Assembly: GCA_964057225.1 (NCBI GenBank) | Contig: CAXKVF010000074.1 | Location: forward strand, 682,001 to 746,000 | Source: Auanema rhodensis | Lineage: Eukaryota; Animalia; Nematoda | Length of the DNA: 64,000 nucleotides | Direction of reading: 5' to 3' | Part shown: in pieces, positions 28,501 to 38,339 of the stretch | How the letters are laid out: each line of letters starts with the position of its first letter | How positions within the stretch are numbered: position 1 is the first letter of the stretch | The notes under the pieces: generated by a model | Database searches by the model: none | Seen by the model: only the letters and a program-made list of their open reading frames with translations | Told to the model about the DNA's origin: nothing | Made by a program: the position numbers and the translations under genes

Positions 28501-31500
28501 ACTTTGAAATTTACGTGAACTTTAATTTATGCTAATTAAATGTACACGTGATGTGCACTTGGTATGTAACTCGCTTCACGTGAAAGATAAAGAGATGCGG
28601 TTTTCAAAATTAGATTCCCCATGTCCATATTAGTCTAAAAACAAATTTTTATTGATATTGGTTCATGGTAACCATGACTTTGAATTTTACGTGAACTTTA
28701 ATTTATGCTAATTAAATGTACACGTGATGTGCACTTGGTATGTAACTCGCTTCACGTGAAAGATAAAGAGATGCGGTTTTCAAAATTAGATTCCCCATGT
28801 CCATATTAGTCTAAAAACAAATTTTTATTGATATTGCTTCATGGTAACCATGACTTTGAAATTTCCGTGAACTTTAATTTATGCTAATTAAATGTACACG
28901 TGATGTGCACTTGGTATGTAACTCGCTTCACGTGAAAGATAAAGAGATGCGGTTTTCAAAATTAGATTCCCCATGTCCATATTAGTCTAAAAACAAATTT
29001 TTATTGATATTGGTTCATGGTAACCATGACTTTGAAATTTACGTGAACTTTAATTTATGCTAATTAAATGTACACGTGATGTGCACTTGGTATGTAACTC
29101 GCTTCACGTGAAAGATAAAGAGATGCGGTTTTCAAAATTATATTCCCCATGTCCATATTAGTCTAAAAACAAATTTTTATTGATATTGCTTCATGGTAAC
29201 CATGACTTTGAAATTTACTTGAACTTTAATTTATGCTAATTAAATGTACACGTGATGTGCACTTGGTATGTAACTCGCTTCACGTGAAAGATGAAGAGAT
29301 GCGGTTTTCAAAATTAGATTCCCCATGTCCATATTAGTCTAAAAACAAATTTTTATTGATATTGGTGCATGGTAACCATGACTTTGAAATTTACGTGAAC
29401 ATTAATTTATGCTAATTAAATGTACACGTGATGTGCACTTGGTATGTAACTCGCTTCACGTGAAAGATAAAGAGATGCGGTTTTCAAAATTAGATTCCCC
29501 ATGTCCATATTAGTCTAAAAACAAATTTTTATTGATATTGGTTCATGGTAACCATGACTTTGAAATTTACGTGAACTTTAATTTATGCTAATTAAATGTA
29601 CACGTGATGTGCACTTGGTATGTAACTCGCTTCACGTGAAAGATAAAGAGATGCGGTTTTCAAAATTATATTCCCCATGTCCATATTAGTCTAAAAACAA
29701 ATTTTTATTGATATTGCTTCATGGTAACCATGACTTTGAAATTTACTTGAACTTTAATTTATGCTAATTAAATGTACACGTGATGTGCACTTGGTATGTA
29801 ACTCGCTTCACGTGAAAGATGAAGAGATGCGGTTTTCAAAATTAGATTCCCCATGTCCATATTAGTCTAAAAACAAATTTTTATTGATATTGGTGCATGG
29901 TAACCATGACTTTGAAATTTACGTGAACTTTAATTTATGCTAATTAAATGTACACGTGATGTGCTCTTGGTATGTAACTCGCTTCACGTGAAAGATAAAG
30001 AGATGCGGTTTTCAAAATTAGATTCCCCATGTCCATATTAGTCTAAAAACAAATTTTTATTGATATTGGTTCATGGTAACCATGACTTTGAATTTTACGT
30101 GAACTTTAATTTATGCTAATTAAATGTACACGTGATGTGCACTTGGTATGTAACTCGCTTCACGTGAAAGATAAAGAGATGCGGTTTTCAAAATTAGATT
30201 CCCCATGTCCATATTAGTCTAAAAACAAATTTTTATTGATATTGCTTCATGGTAACCATGACTTTGAAATTTACGTGAACTTTAATTTATGCTAATTAAA
30301 TGTACACGTGATGTGCACTTGGTATGTAACTCGCTTCACGTGAAAGATAAAGAGATGCGGTTTTCAAAATTAGATTCCCCATGTCCATATTAGTCTAAAA
30401 ACAAATTTTCATTGATATTGCTTCATGGTAACCATGACTTTGAAATTTCCGTGAACTTTAATTTATGCTAATTAAATGTACACGTGATGTGCACTTGGTA
30501 TGTAACTCGCTTCACGGGAAAGATAAAGAGATGCGGTTTTCAAAATTAGATTCCCCATGTCCATATTAGTCTAAAAACAAATTTTTATTGATATTGGTTC
30601 ATGGTAACCATGACTTTGAAATTTACGTGAACTTTAATTTATGCTAATTAAATGTACACGTGATGTGCACTTGGTATGTAACTCGCTTCACGTGAAAGAT
30701 GAAGAGATGCGGTTTTCAAAATCAGATTCCCCATGTCCATATTAGTCTAAAAACAAATTTTTATTGATATTGGTGCATGGTAACCATGACTTTGAAATTT
30801 ACGTGAACTTTAATTTATGCTAATTAAATGTACACGTGATGTGCACTTGGTATGTAACTCGCTTCACGTGAAAGATAAAGAGATGCGGTTTTCAAAATTA
30901 GATTCCCCATGTCCATATTAGTCTAAAAACAAATTTTTATTGATATTGCTTCATGGTAACCATGACTTTGAAATTTACGTGAACTTTAATTTATGCTAAT
31001 TAAATGTACACGTGATGTGCACTTGGTATGTAACTCGCTTCACGTGAAAGATAAAGAGATGCGGTTTTCAAAATTAGATTCCCCATGTCCATATTAGTCT
31101 AAAAACAAATTTTCATTGATATTGCTTCATGGTAACCATGACTTTGAAATTTCCGTGAACTTTAATTTATGCTAATTAAATGTACACGTGATGTGCACTT
31201 GGTATGTAACTCGCTTCACGGGAAAGATAAAGAGATGCGGTTTTCAAAATTAGATTCCCCATGTCCATATTAGTCTAAAAACAAATTTTTATTGATATTG
31301 GTTCATGGTAACCATGACTTTGAAATTTACGTGAACTTTAATTTATGCTAATTAAATGTACACGTGATGTGCACTTGGTATGTAACTCGCTTCACGTGAA
31401 AGATGAAAAGATGCGGTTTTCAAAATCAGATTCCCCATGTCCATATTAGTCTAAAAACAAATTTTTATTGATATTGGTGCATGGTAACCATGACTTTGAA

Positions 31501-32751
31501 ATTTACGTGAACTTTAATTTATGCTAATTAAATGTACATGTGATGTGCACTTGGTATGTAACTCGCTTCACGTGAAAGATGAAGAGATGCGGTTTTCAAA
31601 ATTAGATTCCCCATGTCCATATTAGTCTAAAAACAAATTTTTATTGATATTGCTTCATGGTAACCATGACTTTGAAATTTACGTGAACTTTAATTTATGC
31701 TAATTAAATGTACACGTGATGTGCACTTGGTATGTAACTCGCTTCACGTGAAAGATAAAGAGATGCGGTTTTCAAAATTAGATTCCCCATATCCATATTA
31801 GTTTAAAAACAAATTTTTATTGATATTGGTGCATGGTAACCATGACTTTGAAATTTACGTGAACTTTAATTTATGCTAATTAAATGTACACGTGATGTGC
31901 ACTTGGTATGTAACTCGCTTCACGTGAAAGATAAAGAGATGCGGTTTTCAAAATTAGATTCCCCATGTCCATATTAGTCTAAAAACAAATTTTCATTGAT
32001 ATTGCTTCATGGTAACCATGACTTTGAAATTTCCGTGAACTTTAATTTATGCTAATTAAATGTACACGTGATGTGCACTTGGTATGTAACTCGCTTCACG
32101 GGAAAGATAAAGAGATGCGGTTTTCAAAATTAGATTCCCCATGTCCATATTAGTCTAAAAACAAATTTTTATTGATATTGCTTCATGGTAACCATGACTT
32201 TGAAATTTACTTGAACTTTAATTTATGCTAATTAAATGTACACGTGATGTGCACTTGGTATGTAACTCGCTTCACGTGAAAGATGAAAAGATGCGGTTTT
32301 CAAAATTAGATTCCCCATGTCCATATTAGTCTAAAAACAAATTTTTATTGATATTGGTGCATGGTAACCATGACTTTGAAATTTACGTGAACTTTAATTT
32401 ATGCTAATTAAATGTACACGTGATGTGCACTTGGTATGTAACTCGCTTCACGTGAAAGATAAAGAGATGCGGTTTTCAAAATTAGATTCCCCATGTCCAT
32501 ATTAGTTTAAAAACAATTTTTTATTGATATTGGTGCATGGTAACCATGACTTTGAAATTTACGTGAACTTTAATTTATGCTAATTAAATGTACACGTGAT
32601 GTGCACTTGGTATGTAACTCGCTTCACGTGAAAGATAAAGAGATGCGGTTTTCAAAATTAGATTCCCCATATCCATATTAGTTTAAAAACAAATTTTTAT
32701 TGATATTGGTGCATGGTAACCATGACTTTGAAATTTACGTGAACTTTAATT
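22562..32751. repeat. 176-bp tandem satellite array, segment 2 (~58 monomers)
   Basis: Same monomer and orientation; register preserved at 22621/25261/27901/30541. Confidence 0.99.
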
Positions 32752-33299
32752 GACCTCCCACTCGTCAGTTGACCTCCCACTCGTCACAGTTGACCTCCCA
32801 CTCGTCTCAGTTGACCTCCCACTCGTCAGTTGACCTCCCACTCGTCAGTTGACCTCCCACTTGTCAGTTGACCTCCCTCACTCGTCAGTTGACCTCCCTC
32901 ACTCGTCAGTTGACCTCCCTCACTCGTCAGTTGACCTCCCACTCGTCAGTTGACCTCCCACTCGTCAGTTGACCTCCCACTCGTCAGTTGACCTCCCTCA
33001 CTCGTCAGTTGACCTCCCACACTCGTCAGTTGACCTCCCTCACTCGTCAGTTGACCTCCCTCACTCGTCAGTTGACCTCCCACACTCGTCAGTTGACCTC
33101 CCTCACTCGTCAGTTGACCTCTCACTCGTCAGTTGACCTCCCTCACTCGTCAGTTGACCTCCCACTCGTCAGTTGACCTCCCTCACTCGTCAGTTGACCT
33201 CCCTCACTCGTCAGTTGACCTCCCTGACTCGTCAGTTGACCTCCCTCACTCGTCAGTTGACCTCCCACTCGTCAGTTGACCTCCCACTCGTCAGTTGAC
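32751..33299 (+). repeat. 5'-terminal minisatellite of the LINE: 27 units of 19/21 bp (tgacctccc[tc/ac]actcgtcagt)
   Basis: Units counted from 32751 to 33295 plus a final tgac; length variants differ by 2-nt insertions (tc, ac, ca, ct). Confidence 0.97.
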
Positions 33300-33499
33300 T
33301 TCCGCTGTTTGGATCCGGATCCGTTTCTGTCAAGGAAATTTTCGTCGGACTGGCTTTGTCAAGGTGCGCTCTCTTTCGTATCGCATTTTAGTTTTATCAT
33401 TATTTCCTTTCTCTCGTATTTGTTTCTTTTTTATTTTCCACTTCAGTGTTTATTCTTATTCTTTCTTACTTCCCTTCTTTTACTCCCTCGTTTTTCAAT

Positions 33500-34561
33500 A
33501 TGTCTTTCGTGACTAATGATTTTCTTACAAATGCTCTTCAAAATTTCTCAAAGTCTCTCGAGAACTCTTTTTCAAAATTGTCAAATGATATAAAAAATGA
33601 GCTTAACTGTATGAAAATTAGTATCACGTCGCATGAGGCTCGCTTAAAAACTATCGAAACGGATTTCAAATCCCGCTTAGATAAGTTAGAGCAAACTTTT
33701 AACTCATTTCAAACCACTAGCAACCTTAACTCTACCTGTGTTCCAACTTTTTCCCCACTCAATGTAGCATGTCATTTTCAAAAATTACGATCAGAGGAGA
33801 CAAAGTACCTCTACCGTGCCAAAAGAGCCCTTTGGTTTCGAGTGCCATTAAATTCAACAGAATTTCCAACTGAACCTCTGTTGTTACTAAAACTTATTAT
33901 CGAGAAATCTCAGGACACCACTTTGTCTTCTTTGATCGATAGCAATCAAATTACTATTGCACGTTCAACTCTCAAATCTAATTCCCCTGGCCCTCTCATA
34001 ATTACGTGTCCATCGGTAGATTTACGTGACAAGATTATCCAAGTTATCAAATTCAATAAATCAAAATGCTTCGATTTCCTCTCAAAAACGTTTTTGCGAC
34101 GAGATTATCTCCCCTTCGAAATTGAACTGGAGAAAAACTTGCGAAAAGAAGCAAAAATCAAGAATGAAAATAACACTGAAAAGACTTTTCTTGTACGGGA
34201 TCTCAAAATTATTGAAGTCCCCCGTAAATCTACCAATGTTACTTCGCATGCCATAAACACTCTCTCTGTCACTGTGGACACTCAACCAGCTGAAACCCCT
34301 TCAGTAGTTGATGCCGTTTGCAGTTCAATCTTAAAACCAATTTCTTCTCTCATCTCCAGCCCCCCTCGTAAATCTGGTAGACCCAGTCGGTCTAACAATA
34401 GGCAGGTGTCTGTACCAACAGATAAAAATCATTCAATAAGCCCAAGAAGGAGAAAAAATCCGCCTCGGGTAGTTAAACCAACTGGACCTAATACCAGATC
34501 TATGAATAGTCCTTCTGCATCATCTTCTGTTGTTTTGTCCAATAACGGGTCCTTTCGTTGA
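33500..34561 (+). CDS. LINE ORF1 protein (353 aa from first ATG): N-terminal coiled coil, probable RRM/CTD-like nucleic-acid-binding core, basic S/P/R-rich tail
   Basis: Open frame 33446-34561 with first ATG at 33500 (MSFVTN). Heptad-like segment LQNFSKSLENSFSKLSNDIKNEL...RLDKLEQTF; GPLIITCPS..LRDKII and FLRRDY...E..LRKEAK...VRDLKI motifs; lies directly upstream of ORF2. No CCHC knuckle visible. Confidence 0.88.
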   Translation: MSFVTNDFLTNALQNFSKSLENSFSKLSNDIKNELNCMKISITSHEARLKTIETDFKSRLDKLEQTFNSFQTTSNLNSTCVPTFSPLNVACHFQKLRSEETKYLYRAKRALWFRVPLNSTEFPTEPLLLLKLIIEKSQDTTLSSLIDSNQITIARSTLKSNSPGPLIITCPSVDLRDKIIQVIKFNKSKCFDFLSKTFLRRDYLPFEIELEKNLRKEAKIKNENNTEKTFLVRDLKIIEVPRKSTNVTSHAINTLSVTVDTQPAETPSVVDAVCSSILKPISSLISSPPRKSGRPSRSNNRQVSVPTDKNHSISPRRRKNPPRVVKPTGPNTRSMNSPSASSSVVLSNNGSFR

Positions 34562-34565
34562 TCCA

Positions 34566-37394
34566 ATGTTATCGTCAACACCTGTTCTCGTCTCTAACCA
34601 CACTTACATTTCTGTTCACTGTTACAATGCACGCTCAATTCTCAACAAACTTCATCTTCTCCCAGTTATCATCTCTCCCAATTCTCCTGATATAATTGCT
34701 ATATCAGAGTCCTGGCTTTACCCCCAATTTAACACTAATCTTCTTCCGTTAGGTGACATCTATAATATCCTCAGGGCTGATAGATGTTCATCACGGGGTG
34801 GTGGTGTACTACTTTTCATCAAAAAACATATTACTTTTCGTCTTCTTTCCTGCTCTTGTAATTCATCTACCATACAGTTTATAAATATTCTCATCACATC
34901 TTTCAATTCTATTTTTTCTGTTTGTTACCGCTCTCCATCATCATCCAGTTTAGATTTCTCAAACTATCTTTGTGATCTACAAAATCATTTAGTTAATCGG
35001 TCTCTCTATCTCACTGGTGATCTTAATTTCCCTAAAATAAACTGGGATCTTGGTATATGTTCTCAACCTACTCCTTCTAGTAGAATTCTACTCCAATTTC
35101 TCAATCACAATTGTCTAAACCAGCTAGTAAATTTTCCTACTAGAGGTGAAAATATTCTTGACTATATAATTACAAATAACGTTCGTTGTGTCAACAATAT
35201 CAAGCGATCTGGTCCACTTGGAGCTTCGGATCATTTTTCCATCACCTTTCATATACTTTCAAAATCTGAAAATTTTCATCTACAAGATTTACATAGTGCT
35301 GAATCCACATCTCTCTCCATGTTATCAGACCGCAATTTCCTTTTGGCTGATTATGAACGTATCAATAGGCAACTGGTCAACATCGACTTCTGTTCTGAAC
35401 TTTCAGGTCTTACTCCACTCCAATCGTATTCAAAGTTTATCTCTATTCTACATTCAATCATTGACATTTATGTTCCTAAAAAACAACCGAGGAAAAATAA
35501 AAAAGCGGATCGTAACATTGCAAAACTCAGAAATCAAATTAACAGGCTAAGTTGCTCTTTATATCTATCTGACGAGATTCGCCGTAAAAATCTTTCAGTA
35601 AAATTGGACAAACTAATAAAAATCAAATGTGCTTTAGAGGAAGAGCGTATTGCTGCCTTAAAAAACTCCAAGCTTTTTTATCGTTTTTGTAAGGCCCGAT
35701 TAAATGGTAAAACATCTGACATTCCAAACCTCACTGTCAACAATGTGTCAGTTTCTTTAGATATTGATAAAGTGTCAGCATTTGCCGAGGTTTTCACGGT
35801 TTCTCCTCTTTCTCCTCTTGTCTCTCAGGAAAACACTCATGTTTCCGTCTCTTCTTCTTCCAGTCATACCATTGATTTCATGGATATAACACCTGAATTG
35901 GTCTACAAAACTCTTCATAGTCTTCCACTCAGGGTTTCCACATCTCCGGATGGTATTCCATATTACTTTCTTAAACAATGTGCTTTTACTCTGGCTAATC
36001 CATTAGCTTTTATTTTTCACAATTTGTTAGTTACCTCAACTTGTCCTCCTGATTGGAAGTTAGCCTGGATTCGTCCCATTTTCAAAACGGGCCGACCTGA
36101 AAATCCAAGTAACTACCGCCCAATTTCACTCACTTCCAGTCTTTCAAAAATCTTTGAACGTATAATACGTACTCCACTTCTTAATTTTGGTATTTCCAAT
36201 GGTGCCATATCTCAGAATCAACACGCCTTCCTTCCTAAAAGAAGCACTGTTTCTGCAATTCTGAGTAGCCACATCTCTTTCAGATCATCATTGGACTGTA
36301 ATACTCCGGTTTTTGTAGCTTATATCGACTTTTCAAAAGCCTTGGATCTTATACAACATTCTACTCTTTTTTCAAAACTCAAGTCCATTGGTATTCAAGG
36401 CCCACTTCATTCCTTTCTCCAAAGTTTCATCTCTGGTAGGTTTTTTTCAGTTATGGTCAATAATTCCTTATCACCACCTAAACAACTCACTTGTGGTGTA
36501 CCACAAGGTACAGTTCTTGGTCCTCTGTTGTTTTTATTTTACATAAATGACATAACATCCAATTTTCCTAATGATGTCAGCTCCATTCTCTATGCAGATG
36601 ATTTGAAGCTCTACAGCAAAAACCCTACTAGTTTACAGCGGGCTCTTGATCAATTAAAATTATGGTGCGACTCAAACGGGATGGCCGTTAACATCTCTAA
36701 ATCTAAAATAATGGTTATGTCAAATAAACCAATTAGTAATCCTGAAAACTTCGCTTTCACTTTTGGTAACTTTAACCTATCTTCAGTAGATTGTTACAAA
36801 GATCTTGGAGTATTCACAGATTACAATCTCTCCTTCTCAAACCACATAAACAAAATCACAAGTGAAGCAGCAAAAAAATGTAAAATAATTTTACGTTGTT
36901 TCTACTCCAAATCGCCTTCTCTTATGTACAACTTATTCTGTACTTACATAAGACCAATATTGGAATATGCTTCTATTATCTGGTCCCCACAAGATTCTAA
37001 AGACAAAGACCGGATTGAATATGTTCAAAAAAAGTTTCTGCGCGCAGTTTTCATGCGCTCAGGATCTAAAATGAGCTATGAAGATCAACTGTCTTTGTTA
37101 GGGGGGCAAAAGTTATTTTTCAGAAGACTAGTTTTCGATTTAATTTTTTATTTTAACCAAATAAAACAACCAATTTCAGAGAATACTTTGAAAATTTTTA
37201 AGCTCAAAAAATTCACACACTCACTAAGGCGTCACGAATGGACTGTGGATTTTCCAAACGTCCAGAAGACTCAAACTAGAAGAGGTATCGAGTACAGAGC
37301 CATAGAACTCTGGAATTCAATACCATCAAACATTGTGAGTCTTGAAAAAGCTCCCAAATTTCGCAAACATCTTCAACTTTTCCTTAGCGATTAG
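34566..37394 (+). CDS. LINE ORF2 protein (942 aa from first ATG): apurinic-like endonuclease + reverse transcriptase
   Basis: EN motifs YNARS, DIIAISESWL, RGGGVLL, GDLNFP, PTRGENILD, SDH. RT motifs PDGI, NYRPISLTS, IDFSKALD, GVPQGTVLGPLLF, YADD (36591-36602), YKDLGV. CR1-type C-terminus YIRPILEYAS..WSP, IEYVQKK, LWNSIP. No RNase H or CCHC seen. Confidence 0.97.
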   Translation: MLSSTPVLVSNHTYISVHCYNARSILNKLHLLPVIISPNSPDIIAISESWLYPQFNTNLLPLGDIYNILRADRCSSRGGGVLLFIKKHITFRLLSCSCNSSTIQFINILITSFNSIFSVCYRSPSSSSLDFSNYLCDLQNHLVNRSLYLTGDLNFPKINWDLGICSQPTPSSRILLQFLNHNCLNQLVNFPTRGENILDYIITNNVRCVNNIKRSGPLGASDHFSITFHILSKSENFHLQDLHSAESTSLSMLSDRNFLLADYERINRQLVNIDFCSELSGLTPLQSYSKFISILHSIIDIYVPKKQPRKNKKADRNIAKLRNQINRLSCSLYLSDEIRRKNLSVKLDKLIKIKCALEEERIAALKNSKLFYRFCKARLNGKTSDIPNLTVNNVSVSLDIDKVSAFAEVFTVSPLSPLVSQENTHVSVSSSSSHTIDFMDITPELVYKTLHSLPLRVSTSPDGIPYYFLKQCAFTLANPLAFIFHNLLVTSTCPPDWKLAWIRPIFKTGRPENPSNYRPISLTSSLSKIFERIIRTPLLNFGISNGAISQNQHAFLPKRSTVSAILSSHISFRSSLDCNTPVFVAYIDFSKALDLIQHSTLFSKLKSIGIQGPLHSFLQSFISGRFFSVMVNNSLSPPKQLTCGVPQGTVLGPLLFLFYINDITSNFPNDVSSILYADDLKLYSKNPTSLQRALDQLKLWCDSNGMAVNISKSKIMVMSNKPISNPENFAFTFGNFNLSSVDCYKDLGVFTDYNLSFSNHINKITSEAAKKCKIILRCFYSKSPSLMYNLFCTYIRPILEYASIIWSPQDSKDKDRIEYVQKKFLRAVFMRSGSKMSYEDQLSLLGGQKLFFRRLVFDLIFYFNQIKQPISENTLKIFKLKKFTHSLRRHEWTVDFPNVQKTQTRRGIEYRAIELWNSIPSNIVSLEKAPKFRKHLQLFLSD

Positions 37395-37546
37395 CTTGCA
37401 CTTTCATTATTAATGTTTTTCGTCTGCTTATGATATTTTGTTCTCTAATTATTATTTCAATATGTCTTCTACAAATATCTATGCAAACTATGTTCTTCAT
37501 GTATCATTTTTTGTTTTCAACCACATCCTTGTTCCCTTTGCTACAA

Positions 37547-37727
37547 TGTTACTTCACCATGGACTCTATAGGCATTAGCCATACGAATCTGGTGATAGTT
37601 ACCTCTGATTACCAGAACGGGCTCGACTTTTTCTCTAAGTTCCACCGCACCTGGTAAAAGTAAAAATGAGGTCAGGTCATATTTTTTGAACTGAACAAAT
37701 CCCTTGTTTACCAAGGATGGGTTGACA
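37547..37727 (+). other. Conserved 3'-UTR core, copy 1 (candidate structured RNA element)
   Basis: Relatively GC-rich island in an AT-rich UTR, conserved with 22271-22445 (-); shared potential pairings tctg/caga, actt/aagt, agcc/ggct, ggtg/cacc, acctc/gaggt. Confidence 0.6.
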
Positions 37728-37922
37728 ACTATGACACATAGATTTACTTGTTTAGAATATATATTTTCTACTGACATAATTGATTCAATAATTATTCTTA
37801 TCTCTATACAATTAATGTTTTCATGTCAATCAATTTATATAATCATGTTCATATTGTAAGGAACTTCTTTTATCCACTTTCTTTTTTCAAAACTGCTATT
37901 GTTATAACCTGTGATAAAGAAC

Positions 37923-37928
37923 AATAAA
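37923..37928 (+). promoter_or_regulatory. AATAAA polyadenylation-like signal at LINE 3' end
   Basis: aataaa 7 nt before the element end; conserved in the related short insert. Confidence 0.6.
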
Positions 37929-38339
37929 CCTTGACTAATTTATGCTAATTAAATGTACACGTGATGTGCACTTGGTATGTAACTCGCTTCACGTGAAAGA
38001 TGAAGAGATGCGGTTTTCAAAATCAGATTCCCCATGTCCATATTAGTCTAAAAACAAATTTTTATTGATATTGGTGCATGGTAACCATGACTTTGAAATT
38101 TACGTGAACTTTAATTTATTCTAATTAAATGTACATGTGATGTGCACTTGGTATGTAACTCGCTTCACGTGAAAGATGAAGAGATGCGGTTTTCAAAATT
38201 AGATTCCCCATGTCCATATTAGTCTAAAAACAAATTTTTATTGATATTGGTTCATGGTAACCATGACTTTGAAATTTACGTGAACTTTAATTTATGCTAA
38301 TTAAATGTACACGTGATGTGCACTTGGTATGTAACTCGC

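Larger units (their letters stand above)
32752..37935 (+). mobile_element. Apparently full-length, intact non-LTR retrotransposon (LINE), CR1/L2 group, 5,184 bp
   Basis: 5-bp TSD taatt (32747-32751 / 37936-37940; boundary ambiguous by 1-2 nt through T microhomology). Contains 5' repeat array, two uninterrupted ORFs with APE and RT motifs, and a 3' UTR ending aataaaccttgac. Satellite phase shift across it is consistent with 5189 bp inserted. Confidence 0.97.

Noticed and set aside
32988-33176. 62-aa ORF (LTSLTRQ repeats)
   Set aside because: A by-product of consecutive 21-bp units; TTG start and frame broken by 19-bp units.
32751-33299. Interstitial telomeric repeat
   Set aside because: C-rich and strand-biased, but it matches no telomere motif I recognise and lies inside the TSD-bounded element.
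33276-33516. Hydrophobic 73-78-aa upstream ORFs
   Set aside because: TTG starts inside the repeat array; the F/L/S-rich composition simply reflects the polypyrimidine tract.
34026-35978. Short alternative-frame and antisense ORFs inside ORF1/ORF2
   Set aside because: They are shadows of the real ORFs and have no recognisable motifs.
37430-37657. Putative ORF3 similar to the 22334-22540 and 22413-22595 ORFs (GISHT..V.VTSD.QNGLD)
   Set aside because: The peptide similarity is split over different frames in the second copy by 1-nt indels and many substitutions are non-synonymous; nucleotide-level conservation explains it better. Not fully excluded without more copies.
37547-37727. tRNA, 5S rRNA, hammerhead or HDV ribozyme identity for the conserved core
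   Set aside because: I could not find a cloverleaf or A/B boxes, a CUGANGA...GAAA core, or a convincing HDV topology by eye; needs an Rfam search.
32752-37935. LTR retrotransposon or DNA transposon (suggested by the 5-bp TSD)
   Set aside because: No LTRs, TIRs, integrase or protease; the APE + RT organisation is diagnostic of a LINE.
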